A stretch of 64,000 bases of DNA from an uncultured Planctomycetaceae bacterium. Lineage in GTDB: Bacteria > Planctomycetota > Planctomycetia > Isosphaerales > Isosphaeraceae. Shown piece after piece: positions 21,958 through 32,502 of the stretch (its first letter is position 1; each line of letters begins with the position of its first letter). Below the pieces are notes generated by a model. It made no database searches. It saw nothing but the letters and a program-made list of their open reading frames with translations, and had not been told where the DNA came from. The stretch lies in the NCBI GenBank assembly GCA_963833985.1, contig CAWIAD010000002.1:5376001-5440000 (forward strand). The letters run 5' to 3'. The position numbers and the translations under genes are program-made.

Positions 21958-22464
21958 ATGATGACCGAGCCATCCGCAGAGTCACCACGTCCTGGCGCGC
22001 CGGCGCCCCATTCCCCTTCCATTCCGCCGCGGCGCGGGCAGGCAGATCGCCGGCGTGTGCCCACCCGGCCCCTCGACGCGTTCCGGCTTGCCGGCCGGCG
22101 CGGGCACGTGCGCCGCCAGGCGGAGCGGACAGGCGCCTACTTCACCGACCGCTGGGGCGTCTGCACCTTGCTGCTCATTGTCCTGGTGCTGGTGCTTTCC
22201 CTGGCCGACGGCATGCTCACCATCGAGCTTCTGGACCGGAGCGCTGTGGAGCTCAACCCCTTCATGCGGTTCTTGCTGGAGCGGGGCCACCAGCCGTTCC
22301 TGATGGGCAAGTACCTGATCACGGCCGCGGGCCTGCCGTTCCTGGTCGTCTACCAGAACTGGCCGCTCTTCGGCACCCGGTTTCGGGCCGGTTTCTTGCT
22401 GCCGATCTTCGTGGGGCTCTATCTCGGGCTCTTGACCTACCAGGTGCGGCTGCTGGGCTCTTGA
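21958..22464 (+). CDS. DUF5658-like membrane protein
   Basis: DRR/GRR-rich N-terminus, LSLADGMLTIELL...ELNPFM, several TM segments. Confidence 0.75.
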   Translation: MMTEPSAESPRPGAPAPHSPSIPPRRGQADRRRVPTRPLDAFRLAGRRGHVRRQAERTGAYFTDRWGVCTLLLIVLVLVLSLADGMLTIELLDRSAVELNPFMRFLLERGHQPFLMGKYLITAAGLPFLVVYQNWPLFGTRFRAGFLLPIFVGLYLGLLTYQVRLLGS

Positions 22465-22770
22465 ACCGACGCGGCGATCGTCGCTGGATTCCTGAACCGG
22501 GAGAGCATCCGCTGGCCATCGGGCCGCACCGGCCGATTCACCCCGGAGAATGGCAGGCAACTGGTGAACCGACCGGGTCTCAGACCGTGGATACGGCCCG
22601 CCGTGAACCTGGCAGCCGACCAGTGGATCCGCGACCTGGCGGACGAACTGGGCGTGGGCTTCCGCCGAATCAAAGATCGGTTGGCGAGGGGCTCTCTCCA
22701 TGCCCGACGAGTCGTCAGCCGGAAGCATCTGGTCGTCCGGGCTGATGCGGAGCAGCGCGATCGACCCCGT
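22465..22770 (+). pseudogene. probable C-terminal remnant of a serine recombinase
   Basis: No start codon; reads IVAGFLNRESIRWPSGRTGRFT...WIRDLADELGVG...LHARRV..RKHLVVRADAE, resembling tails of planctomycete recombinases (from recall, not searched). Confidence 0.4.
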
Positions 22771-23061
22771 CCGGGTGTTGATGGAGGCCTGTGCGGCAGA
22801 GTGGCAGCGGCTGGCCGCGTGGCATGCCGATCTCGCGGAGAAATACCGTCACGCCGCGCAGCGACCGTGGGAGACGTTGCCGCTGGGCCCACGTCCGCCA
22901 CTCCACTCCGTCCCGCTGGCTGAAAGGTTCCCGCGTGAGGCGGAGGAACTCCAACGCCTCGAGCGAGGCCAATGAACGGCGTAAGGCCTGAAGTGCTATT
23001 GAAACCTCACGCTCAGGCTTCGGCGCGGTAGGAAAGCGTACCGGTTCGCCCGAAGGCATCT

Positions 23062-23215
23062 GAGCGCCTCCGAGCGAGCGACGTTGCGGCGGATCACCCG
23101 CGGTCGGCCGCATCTCAGCCGCCTGCGCAAGCTGATGGACGAGGCCTACCGGCTGTTCAATCGCTGGTGCCGGATGGCCATGGCACTCGCCAGGCTGGCA
23201 GCGCTGCGCCGCCGG
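23062..23215 (+). pseudogene. probable transposase fragment
   Basis: LRRITRGRPHLSRLRKLMDEAYRLFNRWCRMAMALARLAALRRR resembles an internal segment of planctomycete transposases (from recall); no start or end. Confidence 0.35.
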
Positions 23216-23496
23216 AACGGCGCAACCGCTGAGTGTTCCGACTCATGTCCATGCCATCACCGTGTTTCGGCGCTGGCGTTCTTGCGAGGGAATCGGCTGA
23301 GTTCGCCTCGGGGTCGTCCGAGCCCCTGGAAGCCGGGTGCATGATGACGAGCGGCTGGCGCACCCGGCAAAGACGTTGGCACCGACGGTTGACTTCCTTT
23401 TTCTTGACTTGTACTATTGCAGTAGAACAATAGGCGATTTTTGTTCACTTCAGACTTGATCTCGAATCGTGAAAAGTTCTGGGGGGCTTCGCAACC

Positions 23497-25165
23497 ATGT
23501 CTTCCCTGACCATCGAGGATCCGGCCTTCGCCCGACGATCCGACCTGGACGCCCTGCGGGCCTTCGCCATGCTGCTGGGGATCGTCCTGCACGCCTCCAT
23601 GTCGTTCATTCCGTCGTTCTGGGTGGTCACGGATCGCCAGGTGAATCCCGCTTTTGGGATCGTCTTCCACGCGATCCACGGCTTCCGGATGCCGCTCTTC
23701 TTTGTCATGAGCGGCTACTTCAGTGCAATGCTGCTACGCCGCCGAGGTCGTGTGGCGCTGATCAAGCACCGGTTCTTCCGGGTGTTCCTCCCCTTGCTGC
23801 TGGGGATGGTCACCATCGTCCCGGCCACGATGTGGATCTCCGCCGTCGCGATGTCGTCCGCTTCCCGGAAGGCCGGCGGCGCGTCGCCGGCCGGGGAGGA
23901 GTCGGACATCTGGGCGGCCGCGGATGTGGGAGACCTCAGCGCCATCGAGCGGCACCTGGCGAATGGGGCGGCGGTCAACGGCTCGGGCGGCAAATTCGAC
24001 TCAACTCCGTTGCACCGGGCGGCGGTGGCGGGTCGCGCGGAGGCCGTGGAGCTGCTCATCCGCCGCGGCGCGGAGGTGAACACCGGCGATCGGGACGGCA
24101 GCACGGCCCTGCACGCGGCGGCCTTCCTGGGCCACGAAAAGACCGTCCACGTGCTCGTTCAGAACGGCGCGGACGTCAACGCGATGAACACCCGCGGTGA
24201 GACGCCGCTGGGTGTCGCGACCATTGACGAGGGGACGACACGTCTCTTCGCCTCGGTGTTGAAGATCAAGCTCGATGAGGAGGGGCTGGGGAGCCGTAAG
24301 GCCGCAATCGCGGAGTACCTGCGCCAGCATGGCGCGACGGCGGGGAAAACGTCGGGCGTGGCGGACATGCTGATGCAGATGCCGCTCTTCAGCCACCTCT
24401 GGTTCCTCTGGTTCCTCTGGTGGTTGGTGCTCGGGCTGGCGGCTGTCTCTGCCCTGGGCGCGCGATTGCCGTCGATCCGGCTGCCCGCGTGGCTGGTCGT
24501 CTCGCCCACCCGCTACCTCTGGCTGGTCCCCCTGACGATGATTCCCCAGTGGTTCATGGGTGCCGGGGACGCTTGCCTGCCCTTCGGGCCGGACGGCTCC
24601 GCCGGCCCGCTGCCGATCCCGCACGTCCTGGGGTACTACGTAATCTTCTTTGGCTTCGGGGCGCTTTTTTTTGGGTTCGACGACCGGTACGGTCGCGTCG
24701 GCGAGCGCTGGTGGCTGCCGCTTTCGCTCGCACTTCTGGTTGTTTTCCCGCTGGGGATGGTCCTCATGCAGGGATGGCCCGGACCTCTGGGCGTCAGGCC
24801 CGACCCGCTACCGCTCCGGGTCCTTGCCGTTTTCTTGCAGGCGGCCTACCCCTGGCTCATGACGTTCGGCCTCATGGGGTTGTTCCGGCGGTTCTGGCCG
24901 GCCGAGAGCCCGACGATGCGTTACCTGTCGGACTCGGCCTACTGGCTTTACCTTGCACATCTGCCGCTGATCATCGCGGGCCAGTACGTCGTGCGGGACT
25001 GGCCCTTGCCGGCCCTCGCGAAGTTCCTGATCATCGGCGCGGTCGTGACCTCCTTCCTGTTGTGGTCGTACCAGAACCTGGTGCGCTGACACCTGGCTCG
25101 GGCGCTTCCTGAACGGGCCGCGTGTCCGGCCCGCGCGGGCCGGTGCGCCCGCGGTCGTCGTATGA
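23497..25165 (+). CDS. acyltransferase family 3 (OpgC/MdoC-like) with inserted ankyrin repeats; 1-nt frameshift near 25087
   Basis: RRSDLDALRAFAMLLGIVLH, FRMPLFFVMSGYF, HLWFL, SAYWLYLAH; ankyrin TPLHRAA, TALHAAA, GETPL; tail YTWLGRFLNG continues in the shifted frame to TGA 25165. Confidence 0.88.
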
Positions 25166-25394
25166 GCATGAGGTGTGGCCGCGCCGAGGCTTCCCAGGCT
25201 CATTGCCCTCGCCTTGATGGGGTCGAATCCCTGATGCGAGTGGTTCGCGCCGGCGGCGATCTCGAACCGCGTCGGGCCGGTACGCCCAAGGGTGGTCCAT
25301 TCGAATATCGTCATCCCAGCCGCACCAGGATCGCGACCCTGAATTCCAGATATCCGCTTGCATTCGACCCACGAAATCGGGTTGTGTTCCCCGT

Positions 25395-26254
25395 TCATCC
25401 TCCCGCGGGTCCACTGGCGCTGGTCAGGCCGTGAGTCAGCTTCTGGATGGCCTGGTTCTCGAGCTGGCGCACCCGCTCACGCGTGAGCCCCAGGTTCTCG
25501 CCCACCTCGCGCAGGGTCATGGGGGCAAAGGGCTCCAGGCCGAAGCGCATGCGGATCACCGCGGCTTCGCGCTCTTCCAGATCGTCCAGGCGTCCGAAGA
25601 TGCGATCGAGGTCGTCGGCCTCGATCATGATTTGCTCGGGTGCCTTGCTGCGGTCGTCGGTGAGCACGTCGTCCAGCATGGTGCCCTCGTCCTCGCCGCC
25701 GTCCGGATGAGGGATCAGGTTATTCACGCGGATGGCCTTGGCCACGATGCCGATCTTCTTCTTCGACAGCCGCAGCGCCTTGCCCACCTCTTCGGGCGTG
25801 GGAGCGCGGCCCAGGCGGTCGGTCAGGATCGACGAGGCGCGCTTCCATTTGGAGAGCAGGCTGACCATGTAGGCCGGCAGCCGGATGGGCTTGCCGTTGT
25901 TCATCACGGCGCGGCGGATTGATTGCTTGATCCAGTAACTGGCGTAGGTGCTGAAGCGCGTGTCCATCATGCCGTCGAAGCCCTCCACGGCACGCATGAG
26001 ACCGAGATTTCCCTCCTCGATCAGGTCTTCCAGGCTCAGTCCCTTGCCCAGGTACCCGCGGCGATGTTAACCACCAGGCGCAGGTTCGCCTTGACCATAT
26101 GCTCACGGGCGTAGGGGTCGCCGGCGGCAACCCGCTCGGCCAGCTCGCGCTCCTCTTCAGGCGAGAGCAGGGGCGTGTCATTGATGTCGTGCAGATAGAT
26201 CTGCAAGGGGGAGGCCGCGTTCAGCTCGCGGCGGTCGGCTCGATGGGAAATCAT
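25395..26254 (-). CDS. RNA polymerase sigma-70 factor, RpoD/RpoS-like without region 1.1 (frameshift near 26060)
   Basis: YLHDINDTPLLS, ANLRLVVNIA, DLIEEGNLGLMRAV, RFSTYASYWIKQ, TLREVG...TRERVRQ. Confidence 0.92.
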
Positions 26255-26561
26255 GAAGGGTCGCTCCTGGTGCTTCGAGCTTTTTGCGCTGCCTGGCACG
26301 AGCGCGGCGATCGTGGCGGCAGTGTGCCATGAGTAACCTAGAACACCGCTCCATGATGTCAATTCAGGCGACAGTTCCGCTCATCGTCGGGGCCGGGACC
26401 GGCCGATGAACGTTGTAGTGGCTTCAGCGCGGGCTGTGCGGGCGTGCGAGTCTTCTCCGCCCCGGCTCGTCGCGGCCGCCTGGTTCCTGGAGGGACCTCC
26501 AGGCGGTTCCTGGCCCAGGTTGGATCACCCGGGCCATTCGGGGAACGGAAAGGATGCGGTC

Positions 26562-26969
26562 ATGGCAAGGATTCGAGAGGCGCTGCTGGCCGTGGCGGTC
26601 CTGGCAGGGGGTGCCGGCTGCGCCACGTTTTGTGATGAGTGCGACAACTTTCCCATCCCGGGCGGCCCACAACACTTCGAGATGATGCCCGGCTCGTACA
26701 CGGGCCCGCCGGTGAATGCCGCACCCGACCTTGGCCCCGGCGGATCGCCCGCGCCGGCGGAGGCCGCGCCGTCTCTCCCCACGCCGCCCAGTCCAGGCGC
26801 GGGCGCGGGAGAAAGCGAACCCGCGCCGGAGGCCGCGCGTTCTGTCCCCACGCCGCCGGCACAACCGCCGGCATCGGCCCCCGCGCCGGAGGCCGTACCG
26901 GCTGCTCCAGGCCCCGCGGCAGCCGCGCCCGAAACGATCCAGCCGTTCAATTCACCAGCCCCGCGCTGA
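26562..26969 (+). CDS. Pro/Ala-rich putative lipoprotein
   Basis: Lipobox-like AGGAGC, then CDECD and a Pro-rich tail. Confidence 0.7.
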   Translation: MARIREALLAVAVLAGGAGCATFCDECDNFPIPGGPQHFEMMPGSYTGPPVNAAPDLGPGGSPAPAEAAPSLPTPPSPGAGAGESEPAPEAARSVPTPPAQPPASAPAPEAVPAAPGPAAAAPETIQPFNSPAPR

Positions 26970-27031
26970 GTGCGCTGGTGCGACTCGACTCCACAGTCCG
27001 ACCAACCCCCAGCCTTTTCAGGAGCTTGACG

Positions 27032-27217
27032 ATGGCGAGGATCGCTCTCGGGCTGCTCTCGGTAGCCCTCTTGCTGGGCACTTCCGGCTGTACGTGGACG
27101 CAGACGCGCCGCGATTACCCGCCGGACGTGCGTACGTACCATCCACAGGGCCAGCCGCAGCCCTCGGTGCCGATGCAGCCCATGGTGCAGCCGCAGCCCC
27201 CGGTGACGATGCAATAG
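27032..27217 (+). CDS. small putative lipoprotein (61 aa)
   Basis: RBS AGGAG; lipobox GTSGC; PQ-rich tail. Confidence 0.65.
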   Translation: MARIALGLLSVALLLGTSGCTWTQTRRDYPPDVRTYHPQGQPQPSVPMQPMVQPQPPVTMQ

Positions 27218-27251
27218 GGGCCGCACACCTGGGCGCACCGGTGCAGGGCCG

Positions 27252-28223
27252 TCAGAACTGGTCGGCGGAGAGGACCTCGCCGCCGGCCTTGGTGGCGATG
27301 GCCTGGAAGATGGTGAAGCCCACCAGCTCCTTTATGAACCGGACGCTGCCGTCGGCGAACAGGAAGTTGGCGCCGCCGGGATGCAGCGACCAGAACTGGT
27401 CGCCGTGGGCCAGGCCGGAGGGGGAGTTCGGCCCGTGGCCCTCGCCCGTGTGCGAGAGGATCAAGGCGCCGCCGCCCTCGGGGTCGAGCCCCGCTTCCGC
27501 CTGGAGCGCAATCAGCGGCACCGCGGCGTTGGTGACCGCGCCGGTCCAGGTGGCGCGCGACAGGTTCTGGCTCCGCTCGCCCACGGCAATGGTCTGGCTG
27601 GTGCCGTCCGTGATCTGCGCGATCCTCACCGAGCGGTTGCGGAAGAACAGGCCGTTGCCGTTGTCGCGGCCGGGCGGGCCGTTGTCGGAGTCGATGATAT
27701 AGGGATAGAGGCTGGACGGATCGCCGCTGCCCACCGCGCCCACGTAGTTCGACGACGCCACGGTGCAGATCGGCGCGCCGGCAGAGGTACTGGACGTCGT
27801 GGAATCGACCACGGTGAACGTGTCTTGCCGCCAGGCATCCGACGGGCAGAGAAAACTGCTGATCAGGGTCACCCGGGCCGTCTGGTTGGCCGGGTAATCG
27901 ATGCCCAGAACGAAGTTGATGCTGCCGTAAATGGGCGATGCCTCCATCTGGGCCAGCACGAACGAGGCCCAGCCCCAGCCCGGACCGTCGTTGTCGTAGG
28001 TCACCGGGTCCATGATCGAGAGGTAGCCTGGAGGAAAGCCGCTCAGGGCGTCGTGATAGTTGTGCAGGGCGATGCCGATCTGTTTCAGGTTGTTCAGGCA
28101 CTGGGCGCGGCGGGCCGCCTCGCGGGCGGATTGCACGGCCGGCAGCAAAAGGGCGATCAGTACCGCGATGATGGCGATGACGACAAGAAGCTCGATGAGC
28201 GTGAAGGCGCGACGGCGCGGCAT
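27252..28223 (-). CDS. DUF1559 prepilin-type protein
   Basis: [67 protein letters not shown]. Confidence 0.95.
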   Translation of the reverse strand: MPRRRAFTLIELLVVIAIIAVLIALLLPAVQSAREAARRAQCLNNLKQIGIALHNYHDALSGFPPGYLSIMDPVTYDNDGPGWGWASFVLAQMEASPIYGSINFVLGIDYPANQTARVTLISSFLCPSDAWRQDTFTVVDSTTSSTSAGAPICTVASSNYVGAVGSGDPSSLYPYIIDSDNGPPGRDNGNGLFFRNRSVRIAQITDGTSQTIAVGERSQNLSRATWTGAVTNAAVPLIALQAEAGLDPEGGGALILSHTGEGHGPNSPSGLAHGDQFWSLHPGGANFLFADGSVRFIKELVGFTIFQAIATKAGGEVLSADQF

Positions 28224-28381
28224 CTTGAGGATGACCTCCATTCAGAGGGGTGTGTGAACCGGGGCGCAAGCGGGCGATGCACGGCGGCGCAACGCGCCGG
28301 GGCAACCCGCGATCAGGCGAGTGATGAGACAGCCGGGGTGAGCAAGGGTGCGTTGCGTTGCCTACCCTTGCTCTGCACTGC

Positions 28382-28852
28382 TCAGATCAAGGCCTGCCGC
28401 CAGGGAGGTCGGGAAATGCGCTCGGGCCGCCGCTGTGGACGGCCACAAGGTGAATGCGGAGGGAGGGAGTTGATCAGGGGGGCGAGGCAACGAGCATCCC
28501 GCTGGGCCCACGCGACGGTATCATGCAGTCGCGGCCCGGCGCGGGACGGGAGACCCGGACCGCCGCAGGGCGCGTCCTCGAGGCACGGCCCAGGGGAAGC
28601 GGAGGTTGTGCCGGAGCGTCGCGGCGGTGTGGCCTGGCGCGGGGCCGGGTGCTCCGTGTCGCTGGCCCGGCCGCAGCAGCAGGCCGAATGCCGGCATCGC
28701 GACCCGCACTTGCAGACCAGGGAGTGCGCCTCGGCGTCGAAGGCTGGCGATGAGTCCGACCCGGCCAAGGCGGCTTGGGACGGCCACACGAGGCCGAGCA
28801 CCAGCACCAGCCAGCCGGCCTTCGGTCCAGGATGATGACGCGTCATGCTCAT
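28382..28852 (-). CDS. Cys-rich exported hypothetical protein
   Basis: Signal peptide, CKCGSRCRHSACCCG cluster, C-terminal RISRPP. Confidence 0.6.
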   Translation of the reverse strand: MSMTRHHPGPKAGWLVLVLGLVWPSQAALAGSDSSPAFDAEAHSLVCKCGSRCRHSACCCGRASDTEHPAPRQATPPRRSGTTSASPGPCLEDAPCGGPGLPSRAGPRLHDTVAWAQRDARCLAPLINSLPPHSPCGRPQRRPERISRPPWRQALI

Positions 28853-29105
28853 GGGTTGGCAAGTCAGCGGGTCAGGTCGGGGCAGGTCGGGTCAGGCCGG
28901 TCGATGGTACCCCAGCGGCGAAAACCGCACGCGAGGCGGATCGAAACAAACAGTATAATCACCACCTGAGCCGGAACCAGCGAAATCGATTATGAATTTT
29001 TGCTTGGGTGGAAACCGCTTCGCCGGTTGACGGCGGTCGCGTCTCTGCTGGAGAATCAGGGCGCGTGGGAGTATCCGCCAAGGGAGTCCTGTCGAGAAAC
29101 CTTCG

Positions 29106-29453
29106 ATGAAACTGATCATCGCGATCATCCAGCCCACCAAGCTGGAGGCGGTCAAGGAAGCTCTGTCCAGGGTCGAGGTGTTCCGTCTGACCGTGATGGA
29201 CGTGCAGGGCTTTGGCCGGCAGAAGGGCTACACCGAGGTCTACCGCGGCCACGAGGTCACGGTGAACCTGCTGCGCAAGATCGAGCTCCAGATCGCGGTC
29301 AACGAGGACTTTGTCGAGCCGACGGTGAACGCCATCCTGGAAGCCGGACGGAGCGGGCCCGACGGCAAGATTGGCGACGGCAAGATCTTCATCATGCCGC
29401 TCGACGATTGCATCCGCATCCGCACCGGCGAACGCGGCCCCGAGGCGATCTGA
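29106..29453 (+). CDS. P-II family nitrogen regulator (GlnB/GlnK-type)
   Basis: MKLIIAIIQP, GFGRQKG..EVYRG, GKIGDGKIF, RIRTGERG. Confidence 0.95.
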   Translation: MKLIIAIIQPTKLEAVKEALSRVEVFRLTVMDVQGFGRQKGYTEVYRGHEVTVNLLRKIELQIAVNEDFVEPTVNAILEAGRSGPDGKIGDGKIFIMPLDDCIRIRTGERGPEAI

Positions 29454-30541
29454 TGACCGAGCCAGAAGGCCTGATCCGGGCCGTGATCTTCGACTTCAAC
29501 GGCGTGCTGGTGGACGATGAGGACGTCCACTTCGAGCTCTTTCGCGAGGTGCTGGCCAGCGAGGGCGTGGCGATCACCGACCAGGATTACCACGAACGCT
29601 ACCTGGGCTATGACGACCGCGGCTGCTTCGCGGCAGCCCTGGAGGACGCCGGGCAAGCGTTCGATGGGGCCCGGCTGGATGCGCTCATCGCCCGCAAGGC
29701 AAGGCGTTACGTGCAGGTGGCCGATGCCGGCTTGCGGTTCTTCCCGCACGCAGCCGAGGCACTCGCCGCCATCGCCGGGCGCTGGCCCGTCGCCATCTGC
29801 TCCGGTGCGCTGCGGTCGGAGATCGAGTACGCCCTCGACCGCCTGGACCGCCGCGGCCAGGTGGCCGCCATCATCGCCGCCGAGGATGCCCACGCCTGCA
29901 AGCCCGACCCGGCCGGCTACCTCCAGGCCCTGCACGCGCTGCGCGAGCACGCGCGGGTTCCCCCCGGCAGCGTGCTGGAGGCGGGCGCCTGCCTGGTGAT
30001 CGAGGACAGCCTGGCGGGCATCATCTCGGCCAGGGGGGCGGGCATGCACGCCGTGGGCATCAGCCACACCTACACCCCCGCGAAGCTGCGCGAAGCCGGG
30101 GCCGAACGCATCATCGACGGCCTGCAATCCTTGACTCCCGCGTGGATCGATACGGAGTTCCGGCGCACTCCCGGCGCGGCTGGAGCGATGGGCATCCTCC
30201 TGAGCCGCGATCTGATCTTCACATCCAAGATCACCGGCACGGCGCGGGCCATGGGCCAGCGCGTGCTCGTGGCCGGTACTCCGTCGCAGGCGCTGGCGAT
30301 GATCGCGCAGTGGCAGCCCCGCGTGGTCTTCGTGGACCTATCCGGCGGCGATCTGGCGGCCCCCGAGGCCCTGCTGGCCTACCAGCAACAGGCGCAGCCC
30401 ACGACCGCCTTCGTGGCCTTCGGGTCCCACGTGGACACCCAGGCGCTGGAGAGTGCCCGCGCCGCCGGCTGCGACCCGGTCTTGCCCCGCAGCAAGTTCA
30501 CGGCCGAGCTGCCCGAGCTGATCACGCGCTATCTTGGCTGA
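29453..30541 (+). CDS. HAD-family phosphatase fused to a receiver-like C-terminal domain
   Basis: AVIFDFNGVLVD, KPDP, VIEDS; C-terminal GILLSRDLIFTSKI...VFVDL...FGSHVD. Confidence 0.8.
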   Translation: MTEPEGLIRAVIFDFNGVLVDDEDVHFELFREVLASEGVAITDQDYHERYLGYDDRGCFAAALEDAGQAFDGARLDALIARKARRYVQVADAGLRFFPHAAEALAAIAGRWPVAICSGALRSEIEYALDRLDRRGQVAAIIAAEDAHACKPDPAGYLQALHALREHARVPPGSVLEAGACLVIEDSLAGIISARGAGMHAVGISHTYTPAKLREAGAERIIDGLQSLTPAWIDTEFRRTPGAAGAMGILLSRDLIFTSKITGTARAMGQRVLVAGTPSQALAMIAQWQPRVVFVDLSGGDLAAPEALLAYQQQAQPTTAFVAFGSHVDTQALESARAAGCDPVLPRSKFTAELPELITRYLG

Positions 30542-30592
30542 GGTTGCGGGCGGCTGGAGAGCGGCGGCCCGCTCCAGGTGTGGCGCGGGAGC

Positions 30593-32326
30593 TCATTCTT
30601 CATCGGCCGTGACCGTGAGCGCGGCTTCCAGGCTGGTGAGGCCCTGGCGGACCTTGTCCAGGGCGCTGTCGTAGAGCATCTTCATGCCGTCCTCGCGAGC
30701 GCCCTTGCGAAGCTGATCCAGCGGCACTCGCTTCTGGATCAGGTGCGTGAGGCGGGGGGTGATGCGGATCACCTCGAAGACGCCGAGCCGGCCGCGGTAG
30801 CCGAGCCGCCGGCAGTGCAGGCAGCCCTTGGGGCGATAGAAGACCTCGCCGGGGGTGAGGCCGTGCCGCGCGGCAAGCTCGGCGTCCACCTCGTAGGGCT
30901 CCTTGCACTTCGGGCAGAGCCGGCGGACCAGCCGCTGGGCCTCCAGCACGCGCAGGGTGCAGGACAGCAGGAACGGCTCGATGCCCATGTCTTGCAGCCG
31001 CGTCACGGCCGAAAGGGCGTCGTTGGTGTGAATGGTGGAGAGCACGAAGTGGCCGGTCAACGCGGCTCGCAGGCAGATCTCGGCGGTCTCCTGGTCGCGC
31101 ACCTCGCCCACCATGATGATGTCCGGGTCCTGCCGCAGGAAGGCTCGCAGGGCCGAGGAGAACGTCAGGCCCACCTGGGCCTTCACCATCACCTGGTTCA
31201 TGCCCTTGAACTTGTATTCGACGGGGTCCTCGACGGTGCAGATGTTGTGCCGGGGCTCGTTCAGAAGGTTCAGGCAGGCGTACAGCGTGGTTGATTTACC
31301 GCTGCCCGTCGGCCCGGTCACGAGCGCCAGGCCATGCGGCGAGCGGATCGATTCCAGGAGATCGTTCGATTGTCGCTCGTCGAGGCCCAGCCCGGTCAGG
31401 TTCAGCGGGATGGCGTCCTTGTCAAGAATTCGCATGACCATCTTCTCGCCGTGCACGGTGGGAACCGTGTTCACGCGCAGGTCCACCCGCTTGTCGCCCG
31501 ACCGCAGCGCGATGGCGCCATCCTGCGGAATGCGCTTCTCGGCGATGTCCATTTTGGCCAGCACCTTGAGCCGCGAGAGGATCATGATGAAGACCGCCTT
31601 CGACGGCGAGGGGAGCTCGTGCAGGACGCCGTCGATGCGGAGCCGAAACTTGCAGCCATCCTCGAAGGGCTCCAGGTGGATGTCGCTGGCTCCGTTGCGC
31701 AGCGCCTGCTCGAGGATCTGGTTGACGAGGCGGACGATCCGCCCGTTCTCGTCGTTGGGCGGAGGCGTATCCAGGTTGAGGATGCTCTCATCGAGCTCGC
31801 CCATCTCATCGCCGGTGTCCTGAAACGACTCGCTCCCCTCGCCGATGCCCTTGCTCTCGCGATTGGCGCGGTAGAGCGCGTCGAGGTGTGCTTCCACATA
31901 GGAGAGCGGGGCGATCAGCGGGTTGATGCGCAGGCCGGTGAGGAGCTGGAGCTCATCGACGACGCCCATCGTCTCGGGCGAGACGAAGGCCACGTCGAGC
32001 ACGTCGTTGCGGACTCCGATCGGGCAGATCAGCTTGTCCATGCAGAGCTTTTCGGGCAGCAGGCTGGCCAGGTCCTTGTCGATCTCCGCCCCCTCGGCCA
32101 GGGGGTGCACGAGGGGGAGATACAGGTCCTCGGCGTAGAGGGTGGCGATCTCCTGGTCGTCCAGGTAGCTGTTCTTGATGAGCCAGACCTCGGCAACGGT
32201 ACCTGGTCCGGACTTCTCAATCTGGTCCGCGAAGTCCTCGATTTGCTTGGGCTCGAACCGCAGGCGGCGGGCCAGGAGCTCCAGGATCAGGGGCTGAACG
32301 CCGGTGGTGTCGAAGACGGTGTTCAT
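30593..32326 (-). CDS. GspE/PilB family assembly ATPase
   Basis: ASDIHLEP, GPTGSGKST, TVEDPVE, LRQDPDIIMVGEVRD, tetra-Cys motif. Confidence 0.95.
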   Translation of the reverse strand: MNTVFDTTGVQPLILELLARRLRFEPKQIEDFADQIEKSGPGTVAEVWLIKNSYLDDQEIATLYAEDLYLPLVHPLAEGAEIDKDLASLLPEKLCMDKLICPIGVRNDVLDVAFVSPETMGVVDELQLLTGLRINPLIAPLSYVEAHLDALYRANRESKGIGEGSESFQDTGDEMGELDESILNLDTPPPNDENGRIVRLVNQILEQALRNGASDIHLEPFEDGCKFRLRIDGVLHELPSPSKAVFIMILSRLKVLAKMDIAEKRIPQDGAIALRSGDKRVDLRVNTVPTVHGEKMVMRILDKDAIPLNLTGLGLDERQSNDLLESIRSPHGLALVTGPTGSGKSTTLYACLNLLNEPRHNICTVEDPVEYKFKGMNQVMVKAQVGLTFSSALRAFLRQDPDIIMVGEVRDQETAEICLRAALTGHFVLSTIHTNDALSAVTRLQDMGIEPFLLSCTLRVLEAQRLVRRLCPKCKEPYEVDAELAARHGLTPGEVFYRPKGCLHCRRLGYRGRLGVFEVIRITPRLTHLIQKRVPLDQLRKGAREDGMKMLYDSALDKVRQGLTSLEAALTVTADEE

Positions 32327-32502
32327 GGAAGTTCCGCAAGGTCCCGGAGTGCCGATCAGCGACGCGTCGTGAACCGCTTGTCCCCTTGGGAAACCAGAGC
32401 CATGGTCAGGTCATGGCGACGGGACAGGAAACGCTCCCGCCGCCGGAGGTTGCGCAAGGGGGCCAAGCAAGGGGGCAAGCCAGTTGAGATTCATGGGCGC
32501 GT

